Below are positions 57,529-64,000 of a stretch of 64,000 nucleotides of DNA, in pieces. Every line of letters starts with the position of its first letter. Position 1 is the stretch's first letter. The notes under the pieces are model-generated. The model searched no databases. It had not been told where the DNA came from and was given only the letters and a program-made list of their open reading frames with translations. The position numbers and the translations under genes are program-made. The DNA lies in assembly GCA_016288295.1 (NCBI GenBank), contig JAEEYV010000052.1, positions 8,626 through 72,625 on the forward strand, given 5' to 3'. The stretch comes from Alphaproteobacteria bacterium (GTDB lineage: Bacteria; Pseudomonadota; Alphaproteobacteria; RF32; CAG-239).

Positions 57529-58194
57529 CTACCTTATCGTTGTATTTTTATATAACCAGTCCTTAAATTCTACTACATCTTTAACCTCGGGTATCCAATT
57601 CAGTTCCTCTGGCAAATCGGTTGTAAACTCACATCTCATACGCACCGGATAAGCTCCGGCGTTGATTGTTGCATATTGATTATAAATTCGGTCATCTACA
57701 AGCACAGTTTCATCGGCTTTTAAACCGTATTTTTCAAAACACGATTTCAACATATCTTCTTTGGCGGAATCATGCATAAATTTTCCATGCTGAACACATT
57801 CTATGGTCAAGAAGTCCGTAACTTCATGTAACAACTCTTTCAAAAATTTCTTTTTGACTTCAACATTCCACGTCGCTGACAACGTAAACTGGCGATATCC
57901 TTTTTGGTGCAATTCTTTCAAAACCTCAATTACATGAGGGTAAAGCGGTCGATTGCAAAAAAACTCAGGACTGTGGCAAAAGTCATAATCCATATCGGTA
58001 CCATGTTGGGGATGAGTTTTTAACTCCAATGCGCCATAGGTTGGCACAATCGGCAAAACTTTGGGTAAATCTTCCCATTTTATATTGCCGTACATTGGGG
58101 CATATTTCGGGTGCTTGGTCAAAAAGTTATAATATGCAAAGTTCAGATTGGCCAAAACACCGTCAATATCCCAAAAAATATTTTTTATAATCAT
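57529..58194 (-). CDS. HAD-superfamily hydrolase (5'(3')-deoxyribonucleotidase-like)
   Basis: The N-terminal WDIDGVLA is the DxDxV motif. Confidence 0.5.
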   Translation of the reverse strand: MIIKNIFWDIDGVLANLNFAYYNFLTKHPKYAPMYGNIKWEDLPKVLPIVPTYGALELKTHPQHGTDMDYDFCHSPEFFCNRPLYPHVIEVLKELHQKGYRQFTLSATWNVEVKKKFLKELLHEVTDFLTIECVQHGKFMHDSAKEDMLKSCFEKYGLKADETVLVDDRIYNQYATINAGAYPVRMRCEFTTDLPEELNWIPEVKDVVEFKDWLYKNTTIR

Positions 58195-58331
58195 CTTTAC
58201 CTCCGCATTATGTATAACGTCTTTGTAGCATGTTTGTACTTTTGTTGCAATATCAAAATTACGACAATAAAACTTGATTTTTTGAGTATTTATTACTACA
58301 ACAAAATGAGAAATACTTTATTGAGGTCATC

Positions 58332-59213
58332 ATGTCACACGAACACCATCATCATGAAATCAGCGAAAAAACAGTTTTATATTTGTTGATATCATTTTTC
58401 ATAAATATGCTTTTGAGCGCAGTTGAAATAGTCGGCGGTATAATTGCCGGCAGTCTATCTTTGATTGGTGATGCCTTGCACAACACTTCTGATGCTTTTT
58501 CGATTTTAATTGCGGTGTTTGCTTTTAAAATCGGTCGTCGCAAAGCAGGAGGACGTTATACTTACGGTTTTAAGAGAGCTGAAATTATAGGTGGTTTTGT
58601 AAATCTTATTTTACTTTTCATTGCCGGTGTTTATTTGGCATTTGAAGGCATAAGCAAACTGATTACTCCTCAACCCGTTGACGGTTGGATTATTATTTGG
58701 GTTTCTATTGTTGCATTGATTATTGATGCTTTTACTGCCAAACTTTCTCATCACGGTTCCAAACACAATACCAATATGCGCATGGTATTTTTACACAACC
58801 TTGCTGACGCTTTCGGTTCACTAGGAGTCATCATTGCCGGTTTAAGTGCGGTTTATTTTGGTATTTATCGAGTTGATGGCATAATTGCTTTGCTGATTTC
58901 TGTTTATATGATTTATCAATCAATTCTTTCTTTTCCCAAAGTAGTGGCTATTTTGATGAATGCCGCTCCTGATGGTATGGATTTAGAACAAATCAAACGT
59001 GAACTCAAAAAAGTTTCAGGCGTTAAAGATGTTCATCACCTTCATGTTTGGTGCATAAGTGAAGACGCTGTTTCTGCCGAATGCCATATTATTGCAGATG
59101 ATACCAACATAATCCGCGATGTTACCGAACTGCTTCACAGCAAATTCGGCATTGGACATTGCAACATTCAGATTGAAAAACGCTGTCACGATTGCAAAGA
59201 TTGTAAACTCTAA
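58332..59213 (+). CDS. cation diffusion facilitator family transporter (CzcD/ZitB-like)
   Basis: His-rich N-terminus, [12 protein letters not shown] in TM2, and a C-terminal cytoplasmic domain with HHLHVW. Confidence 0.85.
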   Translation: MSHEHHHHEISEKTVLYLLISFFINMLLSAVEIVGGIIAGSLSLIGDALHNTSDAFSILIAVFAFKIGRRKAGGRYTYGFKRAEIIGGFVNLILLFIAGVYLAFEGISKLITPQPVDGWIIIWVSIVALIIDAFTAKLSHHGSKHNTNMRMVFLHNLADAFGSLGVIIAGLSAVYFGIYRVDGIIALLISVYMIYQSILSFPKVVAILMNAAPDGMDLEQIKRELKKVSGVKDVHHLHVWCISEDAVSAECHIIADDTNIIRDVTELLHSKFGIGHCNIQIEKRCHDCKDCKL

Positions 59214-60880
59214 AACAGTCCGGAGATTTTACCGTCATCGTCGACATCAATTTGCTCTGCGGCAGGTTTTGCCGGCAGTCCGGGCATGGTCATAATATTG
59301 CCGGTTAAAACCACAACAAAGCCGGCTCCGGCAGACAACCTGACATCTTTTACCGGAAGCACAAAACCGCTCGGTGCTCCAATTAATTTTGCATCTGCCG
59401 AAATGGAATTTTGAGTTTTGGCAATACAAACCCGAAGTTTTCCATACCCGTTAGCTTCATATTCGGCAAGTTTATCTGCGGCCGTCGGCTCAAACTCTAC
59501 TTTTCCTGCATGATAAATTTTGGTAGCAATGGTTTCAATTTTGTTTTTTAAAGGCATATCCTCGGTATATAGCGGCGCATAATTATTCGCTTTTTGAGCC
59601 AGTTCAACAACTTTTTGAGCAAGATCAGTCGCGCCTTTTCCGCCGTTTTCCCAAGCCGAAACCAAAATAGCTTCCGCTCCGCAATCTGCACATAATTCTT
59701 TGACGACATTTATTTCGTCATTGCTGTCGCTGACAAATTGATTGATTGCCACAACCGCCGGCACGCCGAATTTACGAACATTTTCAATGTGTGCTTCCAA
59801 GTTTTCAAACCCTTTTCGCACCGCATCGACATTTTCCGACTTGAGGTTATCCTTGGCAACAGCGCCGTGCATTTTAAGAGCGCGTATGGTTGCCACAATC
59901 ACAACCGCATCAGGTGTTAGTCCAGCAATAGGGCATTTGATGTCCAAAAACTTTTCGGCTCCCAAATCAGCACCGAAACCGGCCTCAGTTACCACATAAT
60001 CAGCTAGTTTAAGAGCCGTTTTGGTTGCAATAATACTGTTACAGCCATGGGCGATGTTGGCAAAAGGTCCGCCATGTACAAAGGCAGGGGTTTTCTCTAA
60101 CGTTTGTACCAGATTGGGTTTTATTGCATCTCGAAGAAGAGCTGCCATAGCTCCATGTGCATTAATTTCTTCAGCTCGTACATATCTTCCATCTTTAGTT
60201 TTGCCGATTATAATTTTTTTCAGACGTTGTTTCAAATCAGCAATATCTTTTGCCAAACAAAAGATTGCCATAATCTCGCTTGCAACACTTATATTGAAAT
60301 GATCGGTTCGCGGTGTACCATTAATAGTTCCTCCCAATCCGATATTGACTTCACGTAAGGCTCTGTCATTTAGGTCAACGCAACGCTGCCAAAAAATATT
60401 ATTTTCATCAAGATTAAGCTGATTTCCCTGTTTGATATGATTATCAATCATTGCTGCCAAAAGGTTGTTTGCGGCTGTAATAGCGTGGATATCTCCGGTA
60501 AAGTGTAAATTAATTTCTTCCATTGGCACTACTTGAGCATACCCTCCGCCGGTTGCTCCGCCCTTAAGACCAAAACATGGTCCCATTGAAGGCTCACGCA
60601 GAGCGAGCATTGCTTTTTTGCCGATGGCTTGCAATCCATCTGCCAATCCGATAGATATAGTCGATTTTCCTTCACCTGCCGAAGTTGGTGTAAGTGCTGT
60701 TACCAAAACCAGTTTTCCCTCATGTGATAATGTTTCGATTCTTTTTAATCCCTCAAAGCTTATTTTGGCTTTGTAAGGTCCGTACATTTCAAGTTCGTTA
60801 GCCTTGATACCGATTCTTTTTGCAATATCAGCGATTGGTTCAGGCTTGTTTTTTTGTGAAATCTCAATATCTGAAAGCAT
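59210..60880 (-). CDS. fhs: formate-tetrahydrofolate ligase
   Basis: Start moved to ATG 60880 (MLSDIEISQ) after GGGAG. The P-loop region is [16 protein letters not shown]. The length (556 aa) is typical. Confidence 0.95.
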   Translation of the reverse strand: MLSDIEISQKNKPEPIADIAKRIGIKANELEMYGPYKAKISFEGLKRIETLSHEGKLVLVTALTPTSAGEGKSTISIGLADGLQAIGKKAMLALREPSMGPCFGLKGGATGGGYAQVVPMEEINLHFTGDIHAITAANNLLAAMIDNHIKQGNQLNLDENNIFWQRCVDLNDRALREVNIGLGGTINGTPRTDHFNISVASEIMAIFCLAKDIADLKQRLKKIIIGKTKDGRYVRAEEINAHGAMAALLRDAIKPNLVQTLEKTPAFVHGGPFANIAHGCNSIIATKTALKLADYVVTEAGFGADLGAEKFLDIKCPIAGLTPDAVVIVATIRALKMHGAVAKDNLKSENVDAVRKGFENLEAHIENVRKFGVPAVVAINQFVSDSNDEINVVKELCADCGAEAILVSAWENGGKGATDLAQKVVELAQKANNYAPLYTEDMPLKNKIETIATKIYHAGKVEFEPTAADKLAEYEANGYGKLRVCIAKTQNSISADAKLIGAPSGFVLPVKDVRLSAGAGFVVVLTGNIMTMPGLPAKPAAEQIDVDDDGKISGLF

Positions 60881-60941
60881 TTTTTTCTCCCACGGACATA
60901 ATTTAACGGCTATTATCAATAAAATATAAGAAAAAGCAACA

Positions 60942-60968
60942 AAAAAAGACCTCACCATGTGGTGAGGC
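60942..60968 (-). terminator. Intrinsic terminator after the glycine-zipper lipoprotein gene
   Basis: cctcacc-atgt-ggtgagg hairpin followed by U7 on the minus strand. Confidence 0.7.
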
Positions 60969-60990
60969 CTCAACTAAAACAAACGAATTA

Positions 60991-61464
60991 TCAGTATCCG
61001 TTATAAGGAATTACACGGGCGCGAGATGAACCGTTTCCGTATAATACCATGCAACGTTGACCATTAGCGAGCAATACATCATTACCTTGAGTAACGGTAA
61101 CAACTCCGCCTTGGTCGAGTTGAACGACATATTCATAACCATTTTGGCTGCTCAAACCTTTCTGAGCCAAGTTGCCGGCCGCACCACCGAGCAATGCACC
61201 GCCTGTTGCACCCAACAAAGCGGCGGTACTGCCACTACCGATTTGTGAACCACCGATACCACCGGCAATTGCGCCGACAGCAGTTCCCGCTGATCTGTCG
61301 CTATCCCGGACAGTAATACTGCGAACTGAAACTACCGTACCTTTCAATGCTTTTGTAACAGATCCGACAGATGACGAGTCGTATTGATTAGCTCCGATAT
61401 CTGCCGCACAAGCAGCCAACAACATCAAAGCCGGTACAATCAAAAATAACGCTATTTTCTTCAT
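60991..61464 (-). CDS. glycine-zipper 2TM lipoprotein (17-kDa surface antigen-like)
   Basis: LLAAC lipobox and the Gly-zipper GAIAGGIGGSQIGSGSTAALLGATGGALLGGAAG. Confidence 0.75.
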   Translation of the reverse strand: MKKIALFLIVPALMLLAACAADIGANQYDSSSVGSVTKALKGTVVSVRSITVRDSDRSAGTAVGAIAGGIGGSQIGSGSTAALLGATGGALLGGAAGNLAQKGLSSQNGYEYVVQLDQGGVVTVTQGNDVLLANGQRCMVLYGNGSSRARVIPYNGY

Positions 61465-61599
61465 TTTTCGCTCCTTATAAGTAATATTTTACTGATTATA
61501 ATAACAACAGTTCACTTTTTGTCAATGGCATACTGGACAATTAAAGATAAGTATTATATATTGCCCTTGGTTAAAATTTTTTAATAGGAAAAGGCTAAA

Positions 61600-62988
61600 A
61601 TGTTAAAACGAACAAAAATTGCTCAACTTCTCAAGTCGGATACTACACTTGATGAAGTTTTAGTTAAAGGTTGGGTAAAGACCCGCCGTGATTCAAAAGA
61701 TTTTATGTTTATTGAGCTCAATGACGGCTCCTGCTTAAAAAACATGCAGGTAATAGCCAATAACACCTTAGCCAATTATAATGAACTTAAAAAATTAACC
61801 ACCGGTTCATCGGTTGCGGTTACCGGAGCTCTTGTTGAGTCTCTCGGTGGCAACCAAAAATATGAGATTAAAGCTTCAGACGTTCTGATATACGATATTG
61901 CTAATGAAGATTATCCGTTACAAAAGAAAAAACATACAGATGAATATTTACGTACGATTGCCCACCTGCGTCCTCGTACCAACAAGTATGGCGCAGCTTT
62001 TCGCATTCGTTCTGAACTTTCTTATGCAATTCATGAATTTTTTCATTCAAGGGGATTTAACTATGTCCATACACCGATTATCACCGGTTCAGATTGCGAA
62101 GGTGCCGGTGAGATGTTTCAGGTTACTACTCTTGATTTGAATAATGTACCTAAAACTAAAGACGGCAAAGTTGATTATTCTCAAGACTTTTTCGGCAAAG
62201 AAGCACATTTGACTGTTTCCGGCCAATTAAATGGTGAAATGTATGCGATGGCATTAGGCGATATTTATACTTTTGGTCCGACATTTCGTGCTGAAAACTC
62301 AAATACTACCCGTCATGCAGCTGAATTCTGGATGATAGAACCAGAGATGGCTTTTGCTGATATTTTTGATGACATGGATTTGGCCGAAGACATGATAAAA
62401 TATTGCGTTAAACATGTTATTGAACATTGTCCTGAAGACATTGAGCTGTTTGAAAAATTTGTTGCTCCGGGCTTGCAGGATACATTGAATACCATCATCA
62501 ACGAGCCGTTTGCTCGCATTACATATACTGAAGCCATGGAGATTATGAAAAATTCCGGCCAGGAATTTGAGTATAAGCCGGAGTACGGTGTTGATATGCA
62601 AACCGAGCACGAACGCTTTTTGGCTGAAAAGCATTTTAAGCGCCCTGTCATTGTTCGTGATTATCCAAAAGAAATCAAAGCATTTTATATGCGCATGAAT
62701 GACGATAACAAAACTGTTGCCGCTATGGATGTTTTGGTTCCGGGTATTGGTGAATTGATAGGGGGGTCCCAACGTGAAGAACGCTATGATCGTCTGGTCG
62801 CTCGCATAGAAGAACTCGGTATGAATGTTGAAGATTACTCTTGGTATCTCGATTCGCGTCGTTACGGTTCAGTTCCTCATGCCGGATTCGGACTCGGTTT
62901 TGAACGTATGATGCTTTTGCTCACCGGTATCGGTAACATTCGCGATGTTTTACCGTTCCCGAGAACACCAAAATCAATAAGTTTCTAG
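61600..62988 (+). CDS. asnS: asparaginyl-tRNA synthetase
   Basis: 462 aa with [21 protein letters not shown] and [11 protein letters not shown] motifs. Confidence 0.9.
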   Translation: MLKRTKIAQLLKSDTTLDEVLVKGWVKTRRDSKDFMFIELNDGSCLKNMQVIANNTLANYNELKKLTTGSSVAVTGALVESLGGNQKYEIKASDVLIYDIANEDYPLQKKKHTDEYLRTIAHLRPRTNKYGAAFRIRSELSYAIHEFFHSRGFNYVHTPIITGSDCEGAGEMFQVTTLDLNNVPKTKDGKVDYSQDFFGKEAHLTVSGQLNGEMYAMALGDIYTFGPTFRAENSNTTRHAAEFWMIEPEMAFADIFDDMDLAEDMIKYCVKHVIEHCPEDIELFEKFVAPGLQDTLNTIINEPFARITYTEAMEIMKNSGQEFEYKPEYGVDMQTEHERFLAEKHFKRPVIVRDYPKEIKAFYMRMNDDNKTVAAMDVLVPGIGELIGGSQREERYDRLVARIEELGMNVEDYSWYLDSRRYGSVPHAGFGLGFERMMLLLTGIGNIRDVLPFPRTPKSISF

Positions 62989-62997
62989 GAGAAACAA

Positions 62998-63558
62998 ATG
63001 CATTATTGTCTGTGTTTATTGTTACTTTTATTGCCATTTAACGTTTTTGCGCAAGAAGTTGATGATGTTGCTGAAAGCAAAGACCCGATTATGATTATAT
63101 ATCCAAATGACAACGAAAATTACCTAAACACAGACAATATGCCTGGATGTAATGATGCCAAGCTCGTATCTGAAGTTAAGGAGGTCGTATCTCAATATCT
63201 TTCGAAGGTCCCTGAAGTTTCGATATTTGAAAATCGTAAGCGCAATTTGGTCATGAAAAACATTAATACATACAAAGAAATTGCCGTTAGCGAGTTTAAC
63301 AAAAGTGACAATTACCAAGTTGCAGATGAGTTGATTATGACTAAGATAAACCAGAATATGACAGACAATAATTTTCGTATCTGCGTCGGCACAGGCAAAA
63401 AACCTGTTTATCTGCTGATTTATCCCGAGGACTTCAGTTATCGCGTAAAGATTATAAACTTTATCCCCCCGAAAGCAAACGGCAATGACTTTTCAATACT
63501 TTATACTCCCGAGGTAAAACATTACGAACCGCTTGATGATAAAGAATGGCAAAATTAG
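62998..63558 (+). CDS. hypothetical secreted protein (186 aa)
   Basis: The signal peptide ends NVFA|Q. No family recognised. Confidence 0.55.
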   Translation: MHYCLCLLLLLLPFNVFAQEVDDVAESKDPIMIIYPNDNENYLNTDNMPGCNDAKLVSEVKEVVSQYLSKVPEVSIFENRKRNLVMKNINTYKEIAVSEFNKSDNYQVADELIMTKINQNMTDNNFRICVGTGKKPVYLLIYPEDFSYRVKIINFIPPKANGNDFSILYTPEVKHYEPLDDKEWQN

Positions 63559-63620
63559 TCTTGAAATTTTGTATAAAAAGACTATAATTCGCATTTAGTG
63601 TAAAAGAAAGAAGGTTTATT

Positions 63621-64000
63621 TTGAGTAGTAATTCTTCAGTTGTGGTTATCAAGCCATCTTCTAACTTACCATTGGTGGTTGAAAGCAATGGCCTTATTGC
63701 TTACTTTGAAAAAATAAAGACTTTTCCTGTTTTGAGCGAGGAAGAAGAAAAGGCTCTTGTTATTGACTTTAAGGAAAATAACAATCTTCAAGCAGCGCAT
63801 AACCTGGTGTTATCGCATTTGCGCTTAGCTGCTAAAATTGCCTTAACATATCGTCGTTACGGTTTGCCGTTGGCTGACCTTATTTCTGAGGCCAATATTG
63901 GTCTTATGCAAGCTGTTAAAAAATTTGATTTAAGCAAAAAAGTTCGCCTTTCTACATATGCTATTTGGTGGATAAAAGCGGCGATTAATGATTTTATTTT
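63621..64000 (+). CDS. rpoH: RNA polymerase sigma-32 (heat-shock) factor, N-terminal fragment running off the window
   Basis: The frame is open from TTG 63621 (RBS AGAAAGAAGG) to the window end. Region 2 reads LVLSHLRLAAKIALTYRRYGLPLADLISEANIGLMQAVKKFD...STYAIWWIKAAI, after only about 40 residues of N-terminus. The start codon is uncertain. Confidence 0.8.
   Translation, partial: MSSNSSVVVIKPSSNLPLVVESNGLIAYFEKIKTFPVLSEEEEKALVIDFKENNNLQAAHNLVLSHLRLAAKIALTYRRYGLPLADLISEANIGLMQAVKKFDLSKKVRLSTYAIWWIKAAINDFI

Noticed and set aside
59210-59213. 4-bp overlap of the convergent CDF transporter and fhs stop codons.
   Set aside because: This is ordinary compact convergent gene ends (TAA and TAG overlapping), with no further signal.
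1-64000. CRISPR arrays, IS elements or transposases, integrases, prophage structural genes, and rRNA genes.
   Set aside because: No regularly spaced short repeats were seen, no ORF has DDE-transposase, tyrosine- or serine-recombinase or capsid/terminase motifs, and there is no rRNA-like GC-rich block of suitable length.

Overview
This is a 64-kb AT-rich chromosomal window that is probably alphaproteobacterial. The evidence is a GTTC-N7-GTTC LexA operator in front of lexA and a short-N-terminus RpoH-type sigma factor at the right edge; a host-associated lifestyle is only a guess. All gene names come from motif recognition by eye, because no database search was possible.

Housekeeping genes frame the window:
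- valS (3' fragment), lexA, lysS, a YibQ-like deacetylase and lysA
- glgB-glgX-malQ
- anmK, a CDF transporter, fhs, asnS and rpoH (5' fragment)

Four accessory regions stand out:
1. **Liv-type operon, 35.3-55.1 kb.** One roughly 20-kb operon (livH, livM, livG, livF) carries 14 tandem, strongly diverged substrate-binding lipoprotein genes. Their 5' ends and junctions are nearly identical at the DNA level. A SAM methyltransferase gene sits inside the operon.
2. **RNA locus, 12.3-13.5 kb.** A roughly 400-nt GC-rich, C-skewed non-coding unit has its own promoter and terminator. It is followed by a tight cluster of 5 tRNA-type genes. Only two of these (Arg-ACG, Lys-CTT) are canonical; two have 6-nt or shorter anticodon loops, and one is a class-I tRNA with anticodon ATA.
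3. **Cassette series downstream of tRNA-Glu, 27.4-31.8 kb.** Orphan-gene cassettes are each bounded by copies of the tRNA-Glu 3' end or terminator and by a conserved upstream module containing a 9-bp inverted repeat. No integrase is present in the window.
4. **Orphan gene tract, 8.3-18.3 kb.** These are mostly monocistronic genes for secreted or membrane proteins with no recognisable family, each with its own sigma-70-like promoter and hairpin terminator. Three of them share a conserved promoter-spacer motif.

No CRISPR array, transposase, integrase or rRNA gene was seen.
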